A program made the position numbers and the translations under genes. A DNA stretch of 64,000 nucleotides from a virus, in the IMG/VR virus record IMGVR_UViG_3300032224_001305, positions 37,376 through 101,375 of that record; one strand, written 5' to 3'. Positions 49,058-57,523 of the stretch are shown piece after piece. The first letter of the stretch is position 1; each line of letters opens with the position of its first letter. Under the pieces are notes generated by a model that saw only the letters and a list, made by a program, of their open reading frames with translations, made no database searches and was not told the DNA's origin.

Positions 49058-50092
49058 ATGTGGCGCAAAGTCGTAACGCTTTCGCTACTTACGCTACCGT
49101 GTGCTGTCAGCGCTTACGCTGCGGACTGGTCTATAGATGCTGGATATTACCGCCGCGAGTACTCTATAGAAGACCAACTAGGTGCCACAAGCCCTAGTAA
49201 AAACTTAAAGCTTGTAAGTGGACAAGGACCGTCATTACACGCTTCTGTAGGCTGGCACACTAAGTACTTTCAGTTTGGCGTGCAGACACAGGCGGCTTAC
49301 TTATTTCTTAACGGACAGCCGAAGCAAGAGTACGTGGTAAAGGGTACTCATGTAGATACAGCAAAACTTACTAGTCCGTTAGTCACTATGGACGCTGTCC
49401 TAGGTTTTAGAACGGACAAACTCTCACTGGCGGTAGCTATAGGACCAGCCGTGCAGGCAGTGTCGCCTAGATGGGGCGCGCCGTTTGACTACGATGTTGT
49501 GAGTCACGTAGGTATCAAAACAGCATTTCCGTACTCGGGTATGGATGTATGCTTAGAAGTGGATCTGTTTGTGGTACCAACTGTAGTAGCTAAAAACGCT
49601 TTTGCTGTATCACCCGCAGTAAATATTACCTTTGGTAAGGCGGACGAGCCGCGCATCACGCCTATAGCGCCAGCGTCTGCGCCAACTATTGTGACCGCAG
49701 CTCCACATGAAACGGTAATAGCGCTACCTAAGGAAGAAACTCCCGCCGCATTACCAAACGCGCCTACTCCAGCGGAGCAACTACCCGACCCAGTTACGCA
49801 GACTATCAGTAAGGAAGAACTGCATAAAAAAGCTGCAGTAAAACCGCATAAGCGGGCTGATGAAGATACCGCAGTTAACTTCATAGCTAAAGTATTGAAA
49901 TCCAACCAAAAACTAGACGTGCAGATAAAAGTAGGGACTGAGTTCAGCGGTAAGCTGAGACAACGCGCCGAAGAGATTAAAAAGCAACTTCTGGCCCAAG
50001 GAATAAACGGTAACCGTATCAGGCTATCTTTTAATACTGGTAATAAAGTAGAATCGAAGGACGTGAAGTTCACTTTTGTGCTAAGCAGATAA
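49058..50092 (+). CDS. Outer-membrane beta-barrel protein with Pro-rich linker and degenerate OmpA-like C-terminal domain
   Basis: Signal peptide, alternating beta-strand pattern, L...RAEEIKKQL..QGI...RI motif. Confidence 0.6.
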   Translation: MWRKVVTLSLLTLPCAVSAYAADWSIDAGYYRREYSIEDQLGATSPSKNLKLVSGQGPSLHASVGWHTKYFQFGVQTQAAYLFLNGQPKQEYVVKGTHVDTAKLTSPLVTMDAVLGFRTDKLSLAVAIGPAVQAVSPRWGAPFDYDVVSHVGIKTAFPYSGMDVCLEVDLFVVPTVVAKNAFAVSPAVNITFGKADEPRITPIAPASAPTIVTAAPHETVIALPKEETPAALPNAPTPAEQLPDPVTQTISKEELHKKAAVKPHKRADEDTAVNFIAKVLKSNQKLDVQIKVGTEFSGKLRQRAEEIKKQLLAQGINGNRIRLSFNTGNKVESKDVKFTFVLSR

Positions 50093-50102
50093 AGAGGTTG
50101 AG

Positions 50103-50552
50103 ATGTTCAAGGATATTATCGAGAAGATCTTTTCGTCGTCGGCCCAAGTGGATATTACCGATGATAAAAATCGATTCAACCTGGTCTATCAGAAGATGCT
50201 CAACACGCGGTGGTATATAACCATCATTACGTTGTTGACGCTAATGCTCATACTTATGGGTGTTTTGTCCGCGACTATCTTCAACGCACACATAGCACAG
50301 GAGTGGAAAGAGCTGCTGTTCTTGCTGTTGGGTGCATTTATTGGTAGTTATAACCGCGTAATAGATTATTGGTTCAACAATAGCCAGCGCGATGACAAGC
50401 TGATAGAAAAGATGGATCAAGAGAACGACACTGACGATCTAGTAAAAGCTAAACTAGCGTCAGCGTCGAGAAAAGGAAACGGAGAGGCCCCTGTGGGAGA
50501 AGGCTCAGTAGTGCCGGTTGCTACAGAAACTGCCCCTAAGGCTGCGGAGTAA
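50103..50552 (+). CDS. Two-TM membrane protein
   Basis: Two hydrophobic helices; LLGAFIG...VIDYWF. Confidence 0.6.
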   Translation: MFKDIIEKIFSSSAQVDITDDKNRFNLVYQKMLNTRWYITIITLLTLMLILMGVLSATIFNAHIAQEWKELLFLLLGAFIGSYNRVIDYWFNNSQRDDKLIEKMDQENDTDDLVKAKLASASRKGNGEAPVGEGSVVPVATETAPKAAE

Positions 50553-50573
50553 GCTAATACAATTGAGCCGTAT

Positions 50574-51134
50574 ATGGAGTCGAACATGCGTTTCAGCAGA
50601 CACCAACTAGTTAAATTCGCCGCCAAAGCCACAGGTCCTTCTAACGTGGATCTGTATGGGTCACTGACCCAAAATGGCTCATACGCCGATAGAATCGCGG
50701 GACTGAATCCTAAAAAAATGCCTTATGCTGACAGACTGTACATGTCAGGCAGCCCAGAGGGTCAGGCGTTGGCGGCTAAGTACAATATTGACGTGTCTCC
50801 GGGCATGATCGCCAAGATGGAAGGCGTACGTCGTCAACAGCAGCAAATGATGGCTACAGGTCCTTCGCCCAAGTCGGCACCAGCAGCAAGAACCACGGCT
50901 GCACCCGCGGCACCCGCGGCGCAAGTACCACAGGAAGGACAAGCCCCGCTGAAGTTAGATATAAAGATGCCTGCTAGTGTAGCTAAGCGCGTAGCTGCGG
51001 ATACCGCGGCCTACAAGGCGAAGCAGCAGGCGAAAGTAACACCGGGTGCACCGTCGGCCACACAGGCTCCGTCGGTACCTCCGTCTCCGACTATGGAAGC
51101 TCCGGTAGACACCTCTAAGCCGGTTGTATTCTAG
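50574..51134 (+). CDS. Ala/Pro-rich putative virion protein with leader
   Basis: RHQLVKFAA. Confidence 0.55.
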   Translation: MESNMRFSRHQLVKFAAKATGPSNVDLYGSLTQNGSYADRIAGLNPKKMPYADRLYMSGSPEGQALAAKYNIDVSPGMIAKMEGVRRQQQQMMATGPSPKSAPAARTTAAPAAPAAQVPQEGQAPLKLDIKMPASVAKRVAADTAAYKAKQQAKVTPGAPSATQAPSVPPSPTMEAPVDTSKPVVF

Positions 51135-52151
51135 TAGTTCTCTAATAGTTAGTGCTACCAATGAAGACGGCGTCAGCGAGAAATCGCGCGCCGTTTTTCT
51201 GTGATAGCTAAGTAACGACAAAAGTTTGTGCTTGTCGTTACTTGTAGCATAGCTACGGTGTCTTGAGCATACCGACGATCTCTTTTACTACTGCTGCCGG
51301 AGCAGTACCAAATTGGTACTCCAGATACTTATGTAGCTCTCCGCGCAGTCCCTTCTTCTTTAGCGTTAAGATATATCGTGCCTCTGGCAGACATTCGTCG
51401 TCTGGTATGTACGAGTCGCTTATGAACTTACATGTCAGATACGCATTCAGTCTTTTCTCTAAAGGCGTACCTCCGGCCATAGTTGTCTCTGTCACTTTCT
51501 TGACCATCGAGTAGTTTTTCATTAGAAACCTGCATTAGTTCATTCATTTCTCCGCTAAAATTTGTACAGGGGCTTCCTTGCTTTCTCTGTAGAGCAAGGT
51601 GGGCCTTTTCTTTTTAGGCAGCCTAATCTTTTTGTTATTAGCGCCTAATAAGTCGAGTGAAGAGCGCACACGCATCTCCCACGGTTCATTCTCGCTGGGC
51701 GGGTTTTTGTCCCACAACGTGAGAACGCGCTTAGGATGTATATGACCGTATCCCATTATTACCAGCGTCTTCTCTACCCTTAGTAGAAGAGCTTCGTTGT
51801 AAGTGTTCATATGGACCCTTTAGTGGTTTTAGTACTGCTTGGCCTGGTGATACGTTATGTCCAAGCCGATTATCAACATGAATGTAGTGAATACTCCGAA
51901 CGCCGCCAACTGGTAGTCACTCTGTAGCCAGAGCATAGACGTCAGAGCACACACTACTACAGTGGTGATACCGATCAAGCACAAGAGCAAAGAGTATAGA
52001 TAACCCCAGAACACGTTCACGGCATTCTCCCTAGAGTAATAGTTGTCGTCCTGCATGGGCTTATACCCGACGATAGTGTATTTTTGCGAGACCGCACCCG
52101 TTCTTTTTATCACTATTTGTAGTATCCTAACTTCTGCGCAGGAGGTACTTA

Positions 52152-52475
52152 ATGCCATTCACATCAGAAAAACAGCGCCGCTTCATGTTTGCGGAGCATC
52201 CTAGAATTGCTAAGCGCTGGGCGCATGAAGCCCCAGACAAAGACCAAGGGTTGCCCACTTACGCGCATGGAGGAACAACCACTTCTCCAGAAGTTAAGAG
52301 CAAGTGGGAGAGAGTTAAGCGCTTAGTTCGACGCCGTGATATGGAAAAGAAAGCCGACATCGGCTCTCGTCTGTTTAGAATACGCGCCTTGTACAGCTAC
52401 CTGACGGGCAAGCCGCTACCTAAGGACGGTTCGGCAGTTGTACCTATGTCTGCCATGCAGAATAGAGCGAAGTAA
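52152..52475 (+). CDS. Putative head-associated protein (MPF.S..QRR..A..P.IA.RW family)
   Basis: AGGAGG RBS; internal EKKA. Confidence 0.55.
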   Translation: MPFTSEKQRRFMFAEHPRIAKRWAHEAPDKDQGLPTYAHGGTTTSPEVKSKWERVKRLVRRRDMEKKADIGSRLFRIRALYSYLTGKPLPKDGSAVVPMSAMQNRAK

Positions 52476-52478
52476 ATA

Positions 52479-52718
52479 ATGAGCACCTGGGTAGTCTACC
52501 TGCTTAAGAACGACAGCAACCGTACCTACGTAGGTTGTACTACAGACGTAGACCGAAGATTGCGTCAGCATAACGGTGAGCTATCCGGAGGGGCGAAGTA
52601 CACTAAGCGTGGTAGACCCTGGACACTAGTGAAAGTGGCCGGGGCTTATCCAAATCGCTCTGAGGCGCAGAAAGCAGAATATGCTGCCAAACGGAATCGG
52701 GAGTTCAGATATGCCTAA
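52479..52718 (+). CDS. GIY-YIG nuclease (SLX1-like)
   Basis: VYLL...TYVGCT.D..RRLRQHNG...GGAKYT..GRPW...E. Confidence 0.88.
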   Translation: MSTWVVYLLKNDSNRTYVGCTTDVDRRLRQHNGELSGGAKYTKRGRPWTLVKVAGAYPNRSEAQKAEYAAKRNREFRYA

Positions 52719-54051
52719 GAAACAACCTGCTCCTGGTATTCCAGACCGTAGAGTAATAAAGGAAATAAAAGAGCCTGCTGGTAACTGGAAGTACGTATTC
52801 CAGAAGCACGAGGCGTTCAGGGCGGGACCGCATTTCGATATCAGATTGGCCCCGTCTGACGTGTCACACTCTTGGGCTACTCGTAGAATACCGGAGCCCG
52901 GAAAGGCTACTTTGGCCAAGCAGCAGCCTACTCACGCAGTGTCTTGGCATGACTTCGAAGGTGACATACCTAGAGGTCTTTATGGTGGCGGCAAAGTCTC
53001 CACTCATGCCAAAGGTACAGCTGATGTAGTAGAGGTCAGCAAAGACAAGGTGCTCTTTAATATCCACGAAGGACGCACTACCAAAGAAATGGTATTGCTC
53101 AGACCTAGGGCAGCTAGACCTAAGGATTGGTTATTTCTAAATAGAAGCACCGTCCCCGGTAAATACCAGATACCGCACGAGAAGCCCAAATATAAGAGCC
53201 TGCCGTATACGTTTTCATTGAGCGATACCGAAGGGCCACTCCAGCCAAAAGTAGATGGAGCGCACTCGCTACTGTTACTAGAAGGCGGTAAGCGTCCACG
53301 GGTATTCTCGTATCGAGAATCCAAGCGCGGCGATGCTCTAGAGTACACCCACAAGATACCGGGGCTTTTCTCGCAAAGAGTTCCTGCTGGTGTACCTAGA
53401 ACAGTTCTTCGCGCAGAGACTTACTTATCTGATCCGAAAGGAAAGGCCCAACCAGCCTTTAGAACAGCAGGCATCCTGAACTCAAACGTGGACAAGGCAC
53501 GCGCCGCGCAGACTAGAGATAAGTTGCGCGTGATGCCATTTGACGTTGTAGGACAAGAAAACAAGCCCTACGCTACTAGACTAGCACTCATAAAGAAGTA
53601 TACCGCAGGACTCAATGCTGTACACGAACCTCCTACAGCAATAGAAGCCGACGAAAAGCGTAAACTATTACTGGCAATAAAGAGCCGCAAGCATCCACTT
53701 ACGGCAGAAGGAATTGTCCACTGGTCACCAACAGGACCACAGAAAGCCAAGATAGTAGATGAAGCCGACGTCTACATCAGAGGCGTTCAGCCGGGACAAG
53801 GTAAATATAAAGATAGTGCTGGCGTGTTTACCTACTCCAGTACGCCACGTGGTCCGATCCTAGGTAAAGTAGGAACTGGCATATCAGATAGACTACGTAA
53901 GGACATGTGGAAGAACCGCTCATCCTATGTAGGCTCGGTAGCCAGAGTGGGTTATGAAAAGAAGTCTACTAAGGGAACGTTATTTGCCCCTAGATTGGTA
54001 GATATTCACGTAGATAAAAGCTTGCGCGGAGTTAAGGCACAGAAGCGTTGA
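52711..54051 (+). CDS. ATP-dependent DNA ligase fused to a LigD-type 3'-phosphoesterase domain
   Basis: QKH.A.RAG.HFD.RL...SWA...H (PE domain); QPKVDG adenylation motif, FDV, EGIV, KAK, OB-fold KVGTG. Confidence 0.82.
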   Translation: MPKKQPAPGIPDRRVIKEIKEPAGNWKYVFQKHEAFRAGPHFDIRLAPSDVSHSWATRRIPEPGKATLAKQQPTHAVSWHDFEGDIPRGLYGGGKVSTHAKGTADVVEVSKDKVLFNIHEGRTTKEMVLLRPRAARPKDWLFLNRSTVPGKYQIPHEKPKYKSLPYTFSLSDTEGPLQPKVDGAHSLLLLEGGKRPRVFSYRESKRGDALEYTHKIPGLFSQRVPAGVPRTVLRAETYLSDPKGKAQPAFRTAGILNSNVDKARAAQTRDKLRVMPFDVVGQENKPYATRLALIKKYTAGLNAVHEPPTAIEADEKRKLLLAIKSRKHPLTAEGIVHWSPTGPQKAKIVDEADVYIRGVQPGQGKYKDSAGVFTYSSTPRGPILGKVGTGISDRLRKDMWKNRSSYVGSVARVGYEKKSTKGTLFAPRLVDIHVDKSLRGVKAQKR

Positions 54052-54104
54052 TAGGTAAGAACAAACGCGCACCACCAATCGATAGTGCGCGTTGTTCTAC
54101 TGTT

Positions 54105-54329
54105 TTACTCCTGTCCTTCTCGCTCTCGACGCAAGCTCTCTATCTTCCTGTTCAAATACCAAGCCGCTTTCTCCAAATCCTCTAGCGTCTTGGACTTGTC
54201 TTTGTGGCCAGCCCTAGAGATATATTTGACCGTGTTGCCCAGACAGAAGTCTAGCTTCCAGTCCTCAATAACATCTATGGCCTCAAACTTACCTACGTTG
54301 TAGTGCTTAGGATGGTCAACCGAGCTCAT
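54105..54329 (-). CDS. DUF3310 family protein (T7 gp1.7-like)
   Basis: VDHPKHY...E.IDVI....F.LGN.VKY..RAG.K....DL.KA.WYL. Confidence 0.88.
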   Translation of the reverse strand: MSSVDHPKHYNVGKFEAIDVIEDWKLDFCLGNTVKYISRAGHKDKSKTLEDLEKAAWYLNRKIESLRREREGQE

Positions 54330-54340
54330 GTTTATCCTTA

Positions 54341-55225
54341 TTAGACGGGCAGTTGCTTCAACGTTACTTGCCGCAACACTTCGCTTTTGATGATTGGCTG
54401 AACCAGTAGCAGAACTGTTTTATTGGGCAGTTCATTAATATCAGCCGCCAGTTCTATAGTTGCCGCAAGGTCGCTAGCTTCAGTGGAACCACGTAGTAGG
54501 GACGTATCGAAACTTGGCACCAGCTTGTAAGTGTCAGTTCCAACTACCTGCTGAAAGAGTAGATATGGCGTCTTGGTAGGCTTGTCTACTACAGGAGCCG
54601 GTGCTGGAACTGGGACGGGAACAGGAGCCGCCACTACTTGCGGTTCCTCTGTCTCTTCTAGTTCCTCTGAAATATCTTGCTGTTGCGTCTCCAGTGCCTT
54701 CTTCCTAGGGTAGGGCTCTGGCAGCGATCTGAACAAGTTCTGGTCGTTCGTAAGCGCCTCCACAGCGTTGTCCAGACTACGCTTGTCGTACATTATTTTG
54801 TTGGATACTTGTCGACTGATAACAAGACTAGAACGCAGAATCGTCAGACACTTGTGGTAAGGAAACCCAAGGTACTTAATCGCATCTGCCTGACTCAAGT
54901 CAGTCGGAGCGTTTAGAGCGACTTCATCAGATTTATTAACGTCAATACCTGCGATACGCATAGCGTTCATTTTCGAGCCGAAAGCTAGAATGACCAGAGG
55001 AACTCCGCTTTTCTTAGCCAGCTCCGCAGCGAACTTAGACAGCTGATGTGACTGGTAGACCACCATGCTGGCTACCTTGTCATACGTCCCTTTCTTGGGC
55101 GGAAATGGAATACGCGACCTATACCGCACGTGTCCAACAATCTCGAACCCGAACTCCTCACCGTAACTTGCCAGTTCGTCTTTATGCTTGTCGGAACCGC
55201 CGACAAGAAACACTCTAATTGGCAT
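54341..55225 (-). CDS. Candidate retron partner: DUF2325-like N-terminal domain + excisionase/MerR-type HTH + C-terminal domain
   Basis: ATG 55225 with GGAGG RBS overlaps the RT stop; VFLVGG...SH......AKKSGVP; LSQADAIKYLG.......R...I...V....YD..SLD. Confidence 0.55.
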   Translation of the reverse strand: MPIRVFLVGGSDKHKDELASYGEEFGFEIVGHVRYRSRIPFPPKKGTYDKVASMVVYQSHQLSKFAAELAKKSGVPLVILAFGSKMNAMRIAGIDVNKSDEVALNAPTDLSQADAIKYLGFPYHKCLTILRSSLVISRQVSNKIMYDKRSLDNAVEALTNDQNLFRSLPEPYPRKKALETQQQDISEELEETEEPQVVAAPVPVPVPAPAPVVDKPTKTPYLLFQQVVGTDTYKLVPSFDTSLLRGSTEASDLAATIELAADINELPNKTVLLLVQPIIKSEVLRQVTLKQLPV

Positions 55226-56525
55226 TATCACCCTCCACATAAAATCGCAGGAATAGTTTGTTTTTAGTTGCTCTATCAATAATTACACCACTGGGCCGTA
55301 AGAAACTCCGCGTAATTCTGTCAATCTCCACTTTTATCTCTTTTAGAGCAGACATATCGCGCACCTGACTCAGCTCAGAGTCCGTGAGCACGCGTTTGAT
55401 TCCAAGCCGCCTAAGTTGGCTGACTAGGCGTCGGCTATTTCTGTTGTGCATCACAGTGTCTAGCAATACCAGACCGGCCTCGGTCAATATAGCCAGAGTT
55501 ACTGCTGATGACCGCCAACCGTATTCTATAGTAGTGTTGCCGACAGTCAGACGTCTGTTCCAGTTATCGTTACATACGATGCACACACGCGGATCTATTG
55601 CCCAATTCAGTAGCGCTTTTCCTCCTTTACCTAGGAGTAATCTGGAGGGTTTTCCGTAGTTTACGTGTGCCGCTGCCAGAACAATCTCCGGAGCTACTTG
55701 TATACTAAAGTTGCTTCCGACTACTTCATGGATGCTTACTTGCTTAGGAGGTGGAGTTACCACCGGTATTCCGAACTCTATGCAAATGCGGGACAGGTTA
55801 GTGTCTGCATCCGGCGGAACCTTTAGTTTCTGCCACTCCTCAAGACCTTTGGTGGAACTCTCGTTACCCTGATGCTTGGCTGCGCGAAGCTTTCTCTTGG
55901 ACTCTCTGGTAGGGTATACCGCGTCAGAGCCCACACTCACGCCGGTAACTTTTCTATAGCCCGCCGACGCTTTGTACAAAGTGGTCTTATGCGCGGCTAG
56001 CTCAAAGCCACTTTCGATAACTTTATCACGCACTAGTTCTTTTATGCGTTCTACCAATGACCCGTCATCAAACGAAATGGTCAGGTCGTCTGCGTAACGG
56101 GTGTAGACGATTTCTGTAGAAATAAGACGCAGGCCCACAGACAAACCTGCGTCTAGCTTGATGGCCGCAATGTTTGCGATAGCAGGGCTGGTGGGAAGTC
56201 CCTGTCTAGCTACATTGTCTACAAAACATTTGTCGTAATAACTTTCGGCAAATCTATCGCACACCGCCGTGACTTTACTGCGCGTGACGGTATCGAAAAA
56301 GTCCTTTAGGTCAAAGCACAACGTGAACTGCTTACCGATGTGTGCCTTGGCGTTTGTAACCGCCGATCTAAGAGGCATGAAGCCGTGTACGGTGTTATTG
56401 CACAACGAATACTGAAGTTTGTTCAGTTCTGGTAGTAACACCTTTAGATCTTTCTTCTCAGCTTCGGTAGGCACGCATACGTGCCGGTAACTTCCGTTTC
56501 TCTTTGGGATTGCGACTATTCTCAT
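55215..56525 (-). CDS. Retron-type reverse transcriptase with ~190-aa C-terminal extension
   Basis: IPKRNG..R, HGF...S.V.NAKAH (region X), DLKDFF, QG.PTSP..AN, YTRYADD, VTG (region Y). ATG 56525 is the likely start; GTG 56534 is an alternative. Confidence 0.92.
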   Translation of the reverse strand: MRIVAIPKRNGSYRHVCVPTEAEKKDLKVLLPELNKLQYSLCNNTVHGFMPLRSAVTNAKAHIGKQFTLCFDLKDFFDTVTRSKVTAVCDRFAESYYDKCFVDNVARQGLPTSPAIANIAAIKLDAGLSVGLRLISTEIVYTRYADDLTISFDDGSLVERIKELVRDKVIESGFELAAHKTTLYKASAGYRKVTGVSVGSDAVYPTRESKRKLRAAKHQGNESSTKGLEEWQKLKVPPDADTNLSRICIEFGIPVVTPPPKQVSIHEVVGSNFSIQVAPEIVLAAAHVNYGKPSRLLLGKGGKALLNWAIDPRVCIVCNDNWNRRLTVGNTTIEYGWRSSAVTLAILTEAGLVLLDTVMHNRNSRRLVSQLRRLGIKRVLTDSELSQVRDMSALKEIKVEIDRITRSFLRPSGVIIDRATKNKLFLRFYVEGDNAN

Positions 56526-56550
56526 GGTAGGCACCTAAGAAGAAAAGGGA

Positions 56551-56586
56551 ATGCACCGCCGTATAGATACCCATACGGCGATGCAC
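56551..56586 (-). terminator. Terminator-like hairpin between ncRNA unit 1 and the RT
   Basis: cgccgtat/atacggcg stem followed by TTCCCTTTTCTT on the minus strand. Confidence 0.55.
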
Positions 56587-56596
56587 CCACACATTG

Positions 56597-56785
56597 GCTA
56601 TAGTGCAAAAGAGTGCGTTTATTTATTTAAAGCTCGGTAGGAGCTTTAAATAAATAATTGAGCAACCTTGTAGTATTACGTCAGCCACTTCTGTACACAC
56701 GGCGAAACACCGTGGGTGCTGCTGACGTTGTTCAGCCACTAAAGCTTTCACAGATCGCTACCTAGACGCTTTCTGTGCACAGTAC
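56597..56785 (-). ncRNA. Retron-like msr/msd unit 1
   Basis: Arms gctatagtg(56597-56605)/cactaaagc(56737-56745); perfect 17-bp msd stem 56619-56657; cgaaaca loop 56703-56709; ctacctag 56758-56765. Confidence 0.78.
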
Positions 56786-56786
56786 A

Positions 56787-56812
56787 TATACCGTGTTTCA
56801 CGTTTTATTTGC
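56787..56812 (-). promoter_or_regulatory. Phage promoter for ncRNA unit 1
   Basis: GCAAA-N15-GGTATA. Confidence 0.6.
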
Positions 56813-56822
56813 AGGACTATAC

Positions 56823-56860
56823 GCTAAAAACAAGTACGCATGGATGTCCATACGTACTTG
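56823..56860 (-). terminator. Intrinsic terminator after ncRNA unit 2
   Basis: caagtacg.atgga/tccat.cgtacttg hairpin followed by TTTTTAGC on the minus strand. Confidence 0.65.
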
Positions 56861-56866
56861 CTTGCC

Positions 56867-57075
56867 ATCGGCGCAAATGATGAGTTTAAGATGTCTGGGT
56901 GTAGTAATAATTTTCTCAAAATTATTACGTAACCCAGGACATATTAAAGTACACCATAGTATTCCTAGTAAAGACTTTTTGTAGACATATCGAAGCAACA
57001 TGACTGCTCTTTACCTATTCAGCCGCCGATACGGCCTATCTACAAGCCTACCTAGGGACTTGTAGAATTCAGTGT
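56867..57075 (-). ncRNA. Retron-like msr/msd unit 2
   Basis: Arms atcggcg(56867-56873)/cgccgat(57024-57030); msd hairpin 56885-56948; cgaagca 56991-56997; ctacctag 57048-57055. Confidence 0.78.
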
Positions 57076-57101
57076 AGATGTGCATTACCGCACACCCGCG
57101 T

Positions 57102-57277
57102 TTGGTGCGAATAAGTTCTGGATCATGTCACAGCGGGATGTTAAGCCCGTGGTGACATGATCTCGAACTGTTTGTGAGATATTACTGCCCATTTAGTAAC
57201 GTGTCGAAGCAACTACGTTTAGGACCAGTATTCGCAATAGCCACCAATCACTTTATTACCCAGACATAAAGCACATG
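57102..57277 (-). ncRNA. Retron-like msr/msd unit 3
   Basis: Arms ttggtg(57102-57107)/caccaa(57242-57247); msd hairpin 57114-57169; cgaagca 57205-57211; ttacccag 57256-57263. Confidence 0.72.
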
Positions 57278-57494
57278 ACCAGCGCGAAGATCGTTTAATC
57301 CTGGAAAGTAGTGTAGGATCAGTAGCGGCTTTAGCTGCGGATGATCCGGAACGGTTTCCAGGAATCAACTAGAACACTACCTATGTCACTGACGCTAAAT
57401 CCCAGCCGAAACAGTGTGGACGTCAGTAACTTTTTCAGCCGCTGGTGCAGCCTACGCATAAGATCTACCTAGATAACCTTACAGCGCACAGTAC
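57278..57494 (-). ncRNA. Retron-like msr/msd unit 4
   Basis: Arms accagcg(57278-57284)/cgctggt(57440-57446); msd hairpin 57299-57363; cgaaaca 57407-57413; ctacctag 57465-57472. Confidence 0.78.
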
Positions 57495-57495
57495 T

Positions 57496-57521
57496 TTTAT
57501 CACATTTTTTCTGTGTTTTGC
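57496..57521 (-). promoter_or_regulatory. Phage promoter for ncRNA units 4-3-2
   Basis: GCAAA-N15-GATAAA. Confidence 0.55.
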
Positions 57522-57523
57522 AC

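Noticed and set aside
55215-56525. Group II intron RT/maturase
   Set aside because: No interrupted host gene or domain V-like structure seen; NAxxH and VTG motifs indicate the retron class.
56775-57001. Short ORFs 56775-56984 (+) and 56798-57001 (-)
   Set aside because: No RBS or recognisable features; they overlap the ncRNA units, promoter and terminator.
56597-57494. CRISPR array or DGR template repeat next to the RT
   Set aside because: There are no identical direct repeats with spacers, no cas genes, and no TR/VR pair differing at adenines. The RT has retron X/Y motifs, and the units are conserved in structure rather than sequence.
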